The notes below the pieces were generated by a model, which was not told the origin of the DNA, did not search any database, and saw nothing but the letters and a program-made list of their open reading frames with translations. From a bacterium (GTDB taxonomy: Bacteria > Bacillota_I > Bacilli_A > RFN20 > CAG-826), in contig CAVJPS010000012.1 in the NCBI GenBank assembly GCA_963651465.1, forward strand, positions 66,179 to 130,178: 64,000 nucleotides of DNA, in the 5' to 3' direction. Both the position numbers and the translations under genes were made by a program. Positions 50,337 through 60,145 of the stretch are shown here, piece after piece. How positions within the stretch are numbered: the first letter of the stretch is position 1; each line of letters opens with the position of its first letter.

Positions 50337-51224
50337 ATGTTTAATAAAGGTTTAATTATAGTAAATGCGTATTGTGTATATGCGTCAGTAGAACATCAAG
50401 CTCGTCGTTTAGTTGATGAATTTAATAAACTTGGTGTTACTATTGATATTAAAGAAAATAATTTTGGAGCTTGTTTCATTTCACGTGGAACAATTGAAAC
50501 AAATATAAGTGGATATGATTTTGTTATCTATTTAGACAAAGATGCATACCAAGCAGAATTAATTGAGAAATTTGGTTTCCCAGTTTTTAATAATTCAACT
50601 GCATTAGCAAATTGTGATGATAAAATGAGAACTAATATTCTTCTTGCAAGTAAAGGTATTGAAACTCCTAAAACTATTAGTGCACCATTCTGCGCTCGTA
50701 ATGTTAACGACTTTGACTTCAGTGAAGTTGTTCGTAAAACATTAAATTATCCTATTATGTGTAAAGAATGTTATGCATCTTTTAGTGCACAACCTTACTT
50801 AATTAAAAACGATAAAGAATTACGTTTAATCGAAGAAAAAATGATTTATAAAAAACATTATTATCAGGAATATCTTCCTTCTTCTAGAGATGTTGATTAC
50901 CACATACTTTTAATTAATAAGAAGGTAGTTGCAGCTGTTAATCGTCATACTGATGATCAGCATAAGACAAGTATGAATCAAAATAGTTTTGGTGACACCA
51001 TTTGTGAATTGCCAAAACAATATGTTGAATGTGCTGAAAAAGTAGCTGAATATTTAGATTTGGATTATTGCGGTGTTGTCCTTTTAATCGGGGATAAATC
51101 TCAACCTGTCGTTTGTGATGTTGACGCTAATGCTTTCTTTGCAGGAATTGAAAATTCTAGTGGATTAAACATTGCAAAAATGTATGCTGAATACATTATT
51201 TCACGTGTTTATCCTACACGTTAA
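50337..51224 (+). CDS. RimK-family ATP-grasp ligase, paralog 2.
   Basis: Same block structure as paralog 1: ANCDDKMRTNILLA, HYYQEYLPSSRDVDYHILLI and CGVVLLIGDKSQPVVCDVDANAF. RBS AAGGAGGT is followed by ATGCATATG; the second ATG at 50337 has the better spacing. Confidence 0.65.
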   Translation: MFNKGLIIVNAYCVYASVEHQARRLVDEFNKLGVTIDIKENNFGACFISRGTIETNISGYDFVIYLDKDAYQAELIEKFGFPVFNNSTALANCDDKMRTNILLASKGIETPKTISAPFCARNVNDFDFSEVVRKTLNYPIMCKECYASFSAQPYLIKNDKELRLIEEKMIYKKHYYQEYLPSSRDVDYHILLINKKVVAAVNRHTDDQHKTSMNQNSFGDTICELPKQYVECAEKVAEYLDLDYCGVVLLIGDKSQPVVCDVDANAFFAGIENSSGLNIAKMYAEYIISRVYPTR

Positions 51225-51341
51225 TTGATAAAATCAATTTAATAACTAGTCATTGTGTGCTAATATAAATTTAAGGGTGTACTTACTTATCTACTAAAAT
51301 AATACCTACTAATCTTTTCTAACAAAAGGAGGCTTCTTCTT

Positions 51342-52421
51342 ATGAGAATGGGCTATGGATATGCACGTGACATGTTATTAGAAGGTAATATTTCTAATCT
51401 TTCTAATTACGGGGATGAAATTGGTAAGACTATTGCCAATTGTTTTAAGCATGAGGAATTTGATCGTACTAAAGAATTATTAGATTTGTGTTATAGATAT
51501 GATTTTTTAGATAATGGAATTAAATATGAAGAATTATTAGAACAAGCTAATGATTATAATTCCGAAGATGTTGATGAAGTTTATGAAATTTTAATTCGTT
51601 ATTGTGAAAGACATAAACTACCTAATTTAGGTTTGAAATTCTTAGTGCATGCAGAATCAGCTTTATTTAAATTTAAATGTCCATATATTGCTCGTAAATA
51701 TTTAAATAAAACAATTGAATTTGGGCTTGAAGATGAAAGAGTTTATGAATTATTAATATATGCAAAAACTAATTGTGTCGATAAAGCTTTATTTTATCGT
51801 AATGTCGGTAAATTAGAAAACTTTGAATATGTAAAAAAATTAATTGATTTTGGAACTAACCCTGAAGATAAATTGTTAAATATACGTTTTATTGTTGAAG
51901 CGTGTTACGAAGCAATTGAAAAGAAAGATGAAGTTATTGATTATTTAGATACAATTGATATTATTGGAATGGTAGTTGGCTTATTAGATGAATCAATAGA
52001 AAATAGACTTGATATTTTACTAGAAATGGCTCATAAATTACGCTTATCTTCGTGCTTTAAAGAAGCAACTAAAATATATCAAACTTTAATTCAATATGAA
52101 TATCGTAAATCAGTTTGTTATTGGGGAATACTTCTTTGTAAATTAAAAATTACAAATAATGAGGCATTAATTAAAACTGGTAAGCCATTTGATAATATAG
52201 ATGAATATAGATACGCTATTGAAGAAGCTCCAGGTGATCACATCGATGCTAATGAATATATTAAAGTATTAAAAGATACAAAGAAGCGTCGCCGTAAACT
52301 TATCGGTAGTTTAATTGGACTTCTAATAATTCTTGCATTTATAATAGGTGTTATTTTTGTAATCGTTTATTTATATTCTCACGGATATCAAGATTTTAAA
52401 TTTTTTAATAATCAAAAATAA
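51342..52421 (+). CDS. Hypothetical tail-anchored protein: a helical cytoplasmic domain plus a single C-terminal TM.
   Basis: 359-aa ORF with RBS AAAGGAGG. Its only hydrophobic segment is LIGSLIGLLIILAFIIGVIFVIVYLY, close to the C-terminus. Confidence 0.45.
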   Translation: MRMGYGYARDMLLEGNISNLSNYGDEIGKTIANCFKHEEFDRTKELLDLCYRYDFLDNGIKYEELLEQANDYNSEDVDEVYEILIRYCERHKLPNLGLKFLVHAESALFKFKCPYIARKYLNKTIEFGLEDERVYELLIYAKTNCVDKALFYRNVGKLENFEYVKKLIDFGTNPEDKLLNIRFIVEACYEAIEKKDEVIDYLDTIDIIGMVVGLLDESIENRLDILLEMAHKLRLSSCFKEATKIYQTLIQYEYRKSVCYWGILLCKLKITNNEALIKTGKPFDNIDEYRYAIEEAPGDHIDANEYIKVLKDTKKRRRKLIGSLIGLLIILAFIIGVIFVIVYLYSHGYQDFKFFNNQK

Positions 52422-52515
52422 AGGAAGGACAGTTTATCTGTTCTTTTTTTGATGAGAAAGATTTTTTATTAATGTTAATATGATATAATAAATACGCTTT
52501 AGAAGGAGATTTTTT

Positions 52516-53031
52516 ATGACTATTAGAAATAAATCACGTTTAACAAAACAAATGCAAATGGAATTTTCACGCCGTTTATTTATTAACGGTACAAGAAAGA
52601 CTTTAATATTTGCTGAACTTGCTGGTGCAATTGGTATTGCTTTATGTCTTTCTTTCTATATTGAAAAATATTGGGTTGCTATTGCTTTAGGTGTATTAAT
52701 GATAGCTTTCCCTATTGTTTCAATTGTATTATTTAATAACGGGTTAAAGAAGCAAGAAAAAGATCCACAAAGTACTTTTGAAGAATTAGATGTGGATTTT
52801 GAGATTGAAGAAACAATTATTACTGCTGATATTAAATGGAATGGACAATCCAATAAAATGTCAATGGCTCTTAATACATTTACTCAAATTTTTGAAACAA
52901 AAGAATTATTCGTTTTGATTCTTGAAAATCAACAAGGTTTCTTTATCGAAAAAAGTGGATTTGAAAGTATCGAAGATTGTCAAAAAGTTGCCCAAATTTT
53001 AAAATTATTACCTTGTTATAAAAAGATTTAG
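52516..53031 (+). CDS. Small membrane protein, YcxB-like.
   Basis: Two N-terminal TM helices followed by a soluble C-terminal domain. RBS GAAGGAG. Confidence 0.45.
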   Translation: MTIRNKSRLTKQMQMEFSRRLFINGTRKTLIFAELAGAIGIALCLSFYIEKYWVAIALGVLMIAFPIVSIVLFNNGLKKQEKDPQSTFEELDVDFEIEETIITADIKWNGQSNKMSMALNTFTQIFETKELFVLILENQQGFFIEKSGFESIEDCQKVAQILKLLPCYKKI

Positions 53032-53076
53032 AGTTTATATTAATAAAGTAAAACGAATCTGAAAGGAGGGTTTTAA

Positions 53077-54501
53077 ATGGAAGACGAAGAAATGGAAAAA
53101 GTAGAAAATGAAATTGTTAGTATTATTAGGTCTAATGAAAAGCCGAAAGAAATACGAGAAAAATTAGAAGACTACCATGAATCCGATATTGCAAATACCT
53201 TACATTTATTAACTCCTGAAGAGCGTAAAAAATTATATGCGATTTTAGAAAAAGAAAAAGTTTCTGAAATTTTTACTTATCTTGATGATGTTGATGAATA
53301 TATTAATGAATTAGAAGATGAAACAGCAGCTGATTTAATTGAATTAATGGATGCTGATGATGCTTTAGATGTCTTACAAGAATTAGATGATGAAGATAAA
53401 AAATCCATTGTTTCATTAATGGACAAAGAAGCTGTTGAAGACGTTAAACTTCTTTCTTCTTTTGACGATAATCAAATAGGTAGCAAAATGACTACTAACT
53501 ATATTATTGTTAAACGTAACAATACAGTTAAAGAAGCAATGAAACATCTTATTAAATATTCAGAAGAAAATGATAATATTCAAACGTTGTTTGTTAAAGA
53601 TGAAAATGGTAAATTTTATGGTTCTATTGAATTAACTGATTTAATTAGAGCTCGCGATACTACACCACTTGAAGATATTATTCATACTTCATATCCTTAT
53701 GTTCATTCAACTGAAACTATTGAAGACTGTATTAATGATTTAAGAGATGCAGCATTAAATTTATACCCAGTATTAAATGAAAACGATGAATTAACTGGCG
53801 TTATTACTCAAGATGACTTAGTTGAAGTAGTTCACGAAGAAATGGCTGAAGATTATGCAAAATTAGCCGGTTTAAGTGAAGCTGAAGAATTAGATGAATC
53901 AGTTGGTAAATCAGTAAAAAAACGTATTGTTTGGTTAATTATTCTTCTTTTAGTTGGTATGGTTGTGTCAATTATTACTTCTAATTTTGAACACGTATTC
54001 GTTGTTTTACCTGGTATTGTTGCTTACCAATCTGTAATTTTAGATATGAGCGGTAATGCTGGTACTCAATCTTTAGGTATTACATTAAGAGCAATTACTG
54101 ATGATGAGTTACCTAAGAAAAAAGTAGCTAAAATGGTACTTAAAGAAGTATGTGTTGGTATAGTTAACGCCACAATATTAGCATTTATTACTACTGCAGT
54201 TGTATTTGGATTTATTATTTTAAGACATTCAATACATCCAGATACATTCCAAATTATTAGCGATGTTGAATTTAGTATAAAAGATGCTTTACTTGTATCT
54301 ACTTGTGTTGGAGGAGCATTGATTCCAGCTCTTACTTTATCAACATTATGTGGATGTTTAGTACCTTTAGTGTTTAAAGCATTACATATGGACTCTGCTA
54401 TTGCTAGTGGACCACTTATTACAACTATTAACGATATTGTTGGCATTTTAACATATTATGGCTTAGCTATGGTTATGTTTAATTCCTTTCTATTTGGTTA
54501 A
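53077..54501 (+). CDS. mgtE: Magnesium transporter MgtE.
   Basis: Acidic MgtE-N domain, CBS pair, and the C-terminal TM domain with ALIPALTLSTLCG...GPLITTINDIVGILTYYGLAM. RBS AAAGGAGGG. Confidence 0.85.
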   Translation: MEDEEMEKVENEIVSIIRSNEKPKEIREKLEDYHESDIANTLHLLTPEERKKLYAILEKEKVSEIFTYLDDVDEYINELEDETAADLIELMDADDALDVLQELDDEDKKSIVSLMDKEAVEDVKLLSSFDDNQIGSKMTTNYIIVKRNNTVKEAMKHLIKYSEENDNIQTLFVKDENGKFYGSIELTDLIRARDTTPLEDIIHTSYPYVHSTETIEDCINDLRDAALNLYPVLNENDELTGVITQDDLVEVVHEEMAEDYAKLAGLSEAEELDESVGKSVKKRIVWLIILLLVGMVVSIITSNFEHVFVVLPGIVAYQSVILDMSGNAGTQSLGITLRAITDDELPKKKVAKMVLKEVCVGIVNATILAFITTAVVFGFIILRHSIHPDTFQIISDVEFSIKDALLVSTCVGGALIPALTLSTLCGCLVPLVFKALHMDSAIASGPLITTINDIVGILTYYGLAMVMFNSFLFG

Positions 54502-54504
54502 ATT

Positions 54505-54540
54505 TCAAAGTGCTTTGGTTAATTACTAAAGCACTTTTTA
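54505..54540 (+). terminator. Rho-independent terminator.
   Basis: 10-bp stem aaagtgcttt / aaagcacttt followed by TTTT. Confidence 0.6.
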
Positions 54541-54604
54541 TATTTCATAAATATTTGTTTGGTTATATTTTAATAATCGTGTAAAATACTAACGAGGTGT
54601 TATT

Positions 54605-55612
54605 ATGTCAAATAGATTTAAAGATAAGAGTAAAAATATAGATAAAAAAGAAAATGTTAAAAAAGATCAAAATATTCTTTATTCTTTTAACATTAAAGAA
54701 AATACAACTTTAATGGAATTTTTACTTACTCACTTAAATGGTATGTCCCGTAATAACATTAAATCGTTATTAAGCCGTAAACAAGTTGCAGTTAATGGCG
54801 CTGCAATTTCACAATTTGATTATGAAATAGTAAAAGGTGATGAACTTTTAATTGGAAAAAAATCTTTTAGAGTTCCTCAAGAAAAACGTAAAGTATTAGA
54901 TATTATTTACGAAGATAAAGAATTTATTGTTATTAATAAACCATCTGGATTATTAAGCATTGCTAGTGATAACGAAAAGGGATTAACTGCATATCGTTTA
55001 TTAATGGATTATTATCGTCGTGAAGATAAACATAATAGAATATATGTTGTTCACCGTATTGATAAAGATACTAGTGGCGTTTTAATGGTTGCAAAGAACG
55101 AGGAAATACGTGATAAATTACAAAATAGTTGGAATGATATTGTAACTAAAAGAGGCTATTATGCATTAGTAGAAGGTAAAGTAGAAGAAGATAATAAGAC
55201 AATAAAATCATGGCTTCGTCAATCATCCACAAATTTAATGTACTCATCCCGTAAACCTGGAGATGGACAAGAAAGTATTACTCATTATAAGACTATTATT
55301 AAAAATGATAATTACTCATTATTAGATGTTAATATTGATACGGGTAGAAAAAATCAAATTAGAGTTCATATGAAAGAAATGGGACACCCAGTAGTAGGTG
55401 ATGAAAAATATGAATCTAGTAAAAATCCAATTAAAAGATTAGGTCTACACGCATATGAATTAAATTTCATTCATCCAGTCAATAAAAAGACCTATAAATT
55501 TGTAGCACCCATGCCAGAACAATTTAATAATCCTTTTAAAGATGGTTTTGTAGAGCCTAAGAAAGAAATTAAAAATAACAAGAAAAATAGTAAGAATAAG
55601 AAACGTAAATAA
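54605..55612 (+). CDS. RluA-family 23S rRNA pseudouridine synthase (RluC/RluD-like) with an N-terminal S4 domain and a Lys-rich tail.
   Basis: S4-like N-terminus, the catalytic block VVHRIDKDTSGVLMVAKN, and GRKNQIRVH. Confidence 0.8.
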   Translation: MSNRFKDKSKNIDKKENVKKDQNILYSFNIKENTTLMEFLLTHLNGMSRNNIKSLLSRKQVAVNGAAISQFDYEIVKGDELLIGKKSFRVPQEKRKVLDIIYEDKEFIVINKPSGLLSIASDNEKGLTAYRLLMDYYRREDKHNRIYVVHRIDKDTSGVLMVAKNEEIRDKLQNSWNDIVTKRGYYALVEGKVEEDNKTIKSWLRQSSTNLMYSSRKPGDGQESITHYKTIIKNDNYSLLDVNIDTGRKNQIRVHMKEMGHPVVGDEKYESSKNPIKRLGLHAYELNFIHPVNKKTYKFVAPMPEQFNNPFKDGFVEPKKEIKNNKKNSKNKKRK

Positions 55613-55842
55613 AAAATAGAAAAGTTCAAAAATATACATTAATGAGATAAAAAGAGGGCACATATGTTGAGTTTTTTGCAAAAAATCGCAAAAAAATGTA
55701 AATATTAGCCTTCTTTTATTTGTTTTAAAAAATATATGTGTTAAATTTAAAATGAGGCTAACTAGCATAGTCGTCTTTTTTGACGTTCTCTTATGAGAGC
55801 ATTAAAAATGAATTAAATTTTAATAGAAGGAGGTCTGACCAT

Positions 55843-58842
55843 ATGGAGTTTAAACAATACGTTAAACGTAATTATAGTAAAGCTGTACGTCCGATTATAG
55901 GTTTAGCTATTATAATGCTTGCTGGTATTGGTGCATATTTATACTTTAAAATTGATTATATTTTATATGGATTGTTGGCTGTTCCATTAATATTCCTTTT
56001 AATTATGCTTTTGACTTTTAAGAAATCAAATAAGAAAGTTGGAGCTATGATTAAAAAAGAATTTGAAGTTGTAAACCACTCGGTTCAAGATTTATCAAAC
56101 AACGAATTTTCACCTATTTCAGAGAAATCACCATTAGACGAAATGGAAGATTTACATAAATACATTAATGATACAATTGATGCTTTCCGTCAAAGACATT
56201 ATAGTGCTGTTGATAAATCTATCTCACTTGTTAATGTTAAATACGCTCGTGAAAATGTCTTAACTTTTGATTCATTTAGTGAAAATTTAGTTCGTTTAAC
56301 TTCACGTCAATACTTATATCATTCGGCTGTTGTTGCAGTTCAAATGATTGGTTCAGAAAAGCCTGATTACTTAAACGAATTAGTTAATAAATGTAAAGAA
56401 GTTTTAAATCCAGCTTTAATTGGTGAATTTGATCACGAAACTGTTATTTTATATATCTCGTATGTTACTAATACTAGTATTCTTATGTCACAATTAAGAA
56501 CACTTATGTCAGAATATCATAAGATTGAAATATTAAGAGATGGTACTCAACAATTATATTCTTGTAAATGTGGTGTTGCTATCTTCCCATATTCTGCAGT
56601 TGATAAACTAGTTAATGACGCTATTGAAGCACTTGATGAAACTAAAAATGTTGGTTTACAAGATTATGGTATCTTTGAACCTTCAGATGATGTTGTTCTA
56701 GATACAAATGAAAAATTCCGTCGTTCAATTCTTTATCTAGAAACTATTAATAAAAACCTTGAGCGTTGTACAACATTTAAGGAATTAAATAAACAAATCC
56801 ATGAAGGTATTAAATTATATTGTCGTATGATGGGATTTGATAATGCAGGTATTATGCTTGTTCAAGATGGTGGACGTCGTTTAGTTCCTTGGTTTGAATA
56901 TAGTGTTTCACCTGACCAATCTGGCTTTGTTTCTTATGATTCACTTCAAGTATCTCGTTTAAACGAATACTTAAACTTATTTGATAACTCATCTTCATTA
57001 TTTGGTACTAACATTGAAGATTTACCTTTCTCAGTTAGAAGTATTTTCTATAACTTACAAATCGAACGTTATTACCACTTTAAAATGTTAAAAGGCCCTC
57101 AACTTAAAGGTGTAATTTATTTTAACAATACTGAAGAACAACCAGAGTTTACTATTATTGACCGTGAAATTATGATTTGTGCTTGTAACATTTTACATTC
57201 AATGGTTAATATGTACATGGCTCAAAAGAATGTTGAAAGACAAGAACTTATTTTATCAACACTTTTAAAACGTGATGATAAATATATTTATGGTATTAAC
57301 AATAAGACTAACGAATTAACATATGTTAGTACTCAATTACAAAAAATTTATCCAAACGCTCGTGTTGGTGTTAAATGTTTCAATATTTTTAACACTGAAC
57401 AAAACAAGATTTGTGATTGCTGTCCATTAAAAATTGGTAATGGTATGGCATATCGTCCAAAACTTGGTGAAGAAATCATTATTTCTACTTTAGCTGCGTT
57501 ACCATCAGAAGAAAATGAAGTATTAATCTTACTTGAAAATAACGAAGCTAAACGTCGTCTTGATAATGAATTATATGATCCATTACTACACGTATTTAAC
57601 TACAAGAAGTTACAAATGGACTATGAACGTGAACTTGCAACTAAAGGTATGGGTTATATCTTCTTCATTGAAATTCATGAATTTGAAAAACACATTCCTA
57701 TGTATGCAATGGAAGGTGAAAAGAAGATTCTTCAAGAATTATTAAGGCGTTTTGAAATCTTAAACTTCCAAGATGAAGTTTATCGTTATAATAAATCAAC
57801 TCTTGGTATTATCTTAAAACGTTATACTCGTAAAGAAGTATTAAACATTGTTGAAAACATCTTCAATGAAATGATTAAACCTATTCAAGGTGAAAAAGAA
57901 TCATTCTCAATTGAATTTAATGCTTCACTTTTACCTTATCCTGGCGACTTATTTGATGTTAAACAATTAGATAGTGCTGTTGAATCTACATTACAAGATG
58001 CTAGAGATGTTGGATTAAATAACTTATATATTTATGGTGAAAAAGGCGCTCGTAAACTTAATCGTGAAGATTACATTCTTGATATTGTTAAAGATGCTAT
58101 TGCTAACTCTAAGTTTGAAGTGTTCTTACAACCTATCGTATCTGTTAATGATAAAAAACCAATTAGTGCTGAAGCGTTATTACGTTTAAACGATCCAACT
58201 CGTGGATATATTCCACCTAGTGAATTCGTTCCAATTGCTACTAGAAATAATTTAATGTTTGAAATCGAACAATATATTATTGATTCTATTGGTGATTTAT
58301 GGAAAGCACATGGTTACGAAATTTTCCAACAAATCGGTGTTACAAGTATGTCAATTAACATTTCTTCAAACTCAATTTGCAACCCTACATTTGTAGATAG
58401 AGTTAGTGCTTTATTAAACAAGCATAGATTCCCAACAGGGTTCTTAAAATTTGAAGTTAATGAAACTATCGTTCTTGAACATTTTGACACTGTTAGAAGC
58501 GTAATGTCTACATTACACGATAAAGGTGTAACATGGGCGATTGATAACTACGGTATGGCAGTTTCATCAAATAAAACTTTCCAAAACTTAGCTATTTCAG
58601 AAATTAAAGTTGACCGTTCTTGTATTATGGATATTGAAAGATCTCAACGTTCTAAAGTTGCTTTATCTTATATTGTTGACTTTGCAAAAGAAGCACATAT
58701 TAGTTTAGTTGCTGAAGGTGTTGAAACAGAAGGACAATTTGAAATCTTAAAAGATATGAAGTTTGAAAACGCGCAAGGTTATTTATTCTCTAAACCTATT
58801 CCAATTAGAGAATACTTAAAATACTTAAATTTCAACTCTTAA
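55843..58842 (+). CDS. Large membrane-anchored signalling protein: 2 TM helices, degenerate GGDEF-like and GAF-like modules, and a C-terminal EAL domain with a DNYG variant of the DDFG metal-binding motif.
   Basis: EAL motifs EALLRLND, INISSN, FEVNE, AIDNYGMAVSS (canonical DDFGTGYSS), KVDRS, EGVETEGQ and QGYLFSKP. No intact GG(D/E)EF. RBS AAGGAGG lies before the ATG at 55843; the ORF track start is 55780. Confidence 0.7.
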   Translation: MEFKQYVKRNYSKAVRPIIGLAIIMLAGIGAYLYFKIDYILYGLLAVPLIFLLIMLLTFKKSNKKVGAMIKKEFEVVNHSVQDLSNNEFSPISEKSPLDEMEDLHKYINDTIDAFRQRHYSAVDKSISLVNVKYARENVLTFDSFSENLVRLTSRQYLYHSAVVAVQMIGSEKPDYLNELVNKCKEVLNPALIGEFDHETVILYISYVTNTSILMSQLRTLMSEYHKIEILRDGTQQLYSCKCGVAIFPYSAVDKLVNDAIEALDETKNVGLQDYGIFEPSDDVVLDTNEKFRRSILYLETINKNLERCTTFKELNKQIHEGIKLYCRMMGFDNAGIMLVQDGGRRLVPWFEYSVSPDQSGFVSYDSLQVSRLNEYLNLFDNSSSLFGTNIEDLPFSVRSIFYNLQIERYYHFKMLKGPQLKGVIYFNNTEEQPEFTIIDREIMICACNILHSMVNMYMAQKNVERQELILSTLLKRDDKYIYGINNKTNELTYVSTQLQKIYPNARVGVKCFNIFNTEQNKICDCCPLKIGNGMAYRPKLGEEIIISTLAALPSEENEVLILLENNEAKRRLDNELYDPLLHVFNYKKLQMDYERELATKGMGYIFFIEIHEFEKHIPMYAMEGEKKILQELLRRFEILNFQDEVYRYNKSTLGIILKRYTRKEVLNIVENIFNEMIKPIQGEKESFSIEFNASLLPYPGDLFDVKQLDSAVESTLQDARDVGLNNLYIYGEKGARKLNREDYILDIVKDAIANSKFEVFLQPIVSVNDKKPISAEALLRLNDPTRGYIPPSEFVPIATRNNLMFEIEQYIIDSIGDLWKAHGYEIFQQIGVTSMSINISSNSICNPTFVDRVSALLNKHRFPTGFLKFEVNETIVLEHFDTVRSVMSTLHDKGVTWAIDNYGMAVSSNKTFQNLAISEIKVDRSCIMDIERSQRSKVALSYIVDFAKEAHISLVAEGVETEGQFEILKDMKFENAQGYLFSKPIPIREYLKYLNFNS

Positions 58843-58851
58843 TTGCATTAA

Positions 58852-58880
58852 AAGCACTTGCTCCGGCAAGTGTTTTTTTG
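58852..58880 (+). terminator. Rho-independent terminator.
   Basis: Hairpin cacttgc-tccg-gcaagtg followed by T7. Confidence 0.55.
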
Positions 58881-59073
58881 TTAGTTTTGTAATCAAGTAA
58901 ATACAATAAAAAAAACGACAAAATCATCATATTTAATTAAACTAGCGATAAAAATAACTCGAGTGAAGATAGAAAAAAATTTTTTTCTATCATAAGTGAT
59001 AATTGTTTGGTAATGAAAAGGTATTAAAAGTGTAAAATTAACGTTTTTATCGTTATTTTTTGCCTTTGCTTCG

Positions 59074-59102
59074 TTGCATAACTTAATTTTATATTATAAA
59101 AT
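59074..59102 (+). promoter_or_regulatory. Candidate sigma-A-type promoter upstream of the TasA-like gene trio.
   Basis: TTGCAT-N17-TAAAAT, 135 nt upstream of the first ATG. Confidence 0.3.
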
Positions 59103-59236
59103 AAGATTGCTAGATTATCGGTTTTTCGATTTGCCCTGATCGATAGTAAATCCGTTAATGTAGTTTTTCGTTAAAGTCATGATGACTTAGAAAACAAAAT
59201 CCATTAGAGAATTTTATAGAAAAGGAGATTAAAATT

Positions 59237-60127
59237 ATGAAAATTAACAATAGACTCTTAATTACATCAGGCTTATTGTTAGGTCTTTCAACTGTAGCTA
59301 TGTCAACTGCAACTTATGCATGGTTTACAGTTAACAAAACGGCTAGTATGACAGCTACTGGTTCAATTAAAGCTGAAGCTGGTGTTGAACTTGGCTTAAT
59401 TGCAAGTGGTGGCCACGAAGCTGTTGAATATAAAGAAAGTCAAACAATTAATTTAGGTGACCATTCAATGACAGATATTTCTGGTAATGGTGCATCTTTA
59501 TTCAAACCTGTTTTTGCTTCTAACAATACATCATTCTCAAGTGTTAGAACTATTACAAATAATGGTTTAACAGGGTATGAAGATACATTTATCGTAGCTC
59601 AATTAAAATTCCGTTCCGATAAAGCTTATAATGTATATGTTGGTCAAAGTGCTGATATTTTAAGTGGTGAATTAGCTGTTGCAGCTCGTTTAGCTATTTT
59701 TGATAGCGGAAAAGTTTCAACTGCAACTGCCCCAAGTGCTGCTACTTTGAAACAATTCATTTATAGCGGAACAATTGAAAATGAATACTATATTAGTGCA
59801 GATACTGCTACCAGTACAGCTACAACAGGTGAGGGTGGTACTGCAGCTACAGGATATACAGCAATTAGTGATTTCACAGGTAATACAGTTGTTTCAGATG
59901 TTGTAAATGAATATACTTCAATCGCTGATGCTGACGCTCACTTAAATCCTTTAACAACCTTAGTTGAAGATGGTACTTATTCTGATGGTGACCATAAAGG
60001 TGAAAAAGCTTTTACAGGTGCTTTGACAGTTGTAATTTGGATTGATGGTGCTGACACAGATTGTGGTAACGAAATTGTTGATGGCAGTTTAACCGTTACA
60101 CTTCCATTTGCTTTCTTAGCTGCTTAG
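59237..60127 (+). CDS. Secreted protein with a SipW-cognate (TasA/camelysin-class) signal peptide, paralog 1.
   Basis: N-terminus MKINNRLLITSGLLLGLSTVAMSTATYAWFTVNKTAS. The TYAWFT motif fits the T-(W/F/Y)-A-x-F-(S/T) signature of SipW-dependent signal peptides (TasA GTWAAFND, CalY GTFAFFSD). The beta-rich mature region is Ala/Thr/Gly-rich. RBS AAAGGAG. Confidence 0.55.
   Translation: MKINNRLLITSGLLLGLSTVAMSTATYAWFTVNKTASMTATGSIKAEAGVELGLIASGGHEAVEYKESQTINLGDHSMTDISGNGASLFKPVFASNNTSFSSVRTITNNGLTGYEDTFIVAQLKFRSDKAYNVYVGQSADILSGELAVAARLAIFDSGKVSTATAPSAATLKQFIYSGTIENEYYISADTATSTATTGEGGTAATGYTAISDFTGNTVVSDVVNEYTSIADADAHLNPLTTLVEDGTYSDGDHKGEKAFTGALTVVIWIDGADTDCGNEIVDGSLTVTLPFAFLAA
59579..59766 (+). 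repeat. 188-bp block 100% identical to 60488-60675 within otherwise diverged paralogs (gene-conversion tract, copy A).
   Basis: Direct comparison of the two gene sequences. Identity runs from gaagatacatttatcgtagctc... to ...caattcatttatag. Confidence 0.8.
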
Positions 60128-60145
60128 GTTTTGGAGGTATTGAAT

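Noticed and set aside
53032-53076. Possible M-box (Mg2+) riboswitch upstream of mgtE.
   Set aside because: The intergenic gap is only 45 nt, just enough for an RBS. There is no room for the ~160-nt M-box aptamer.
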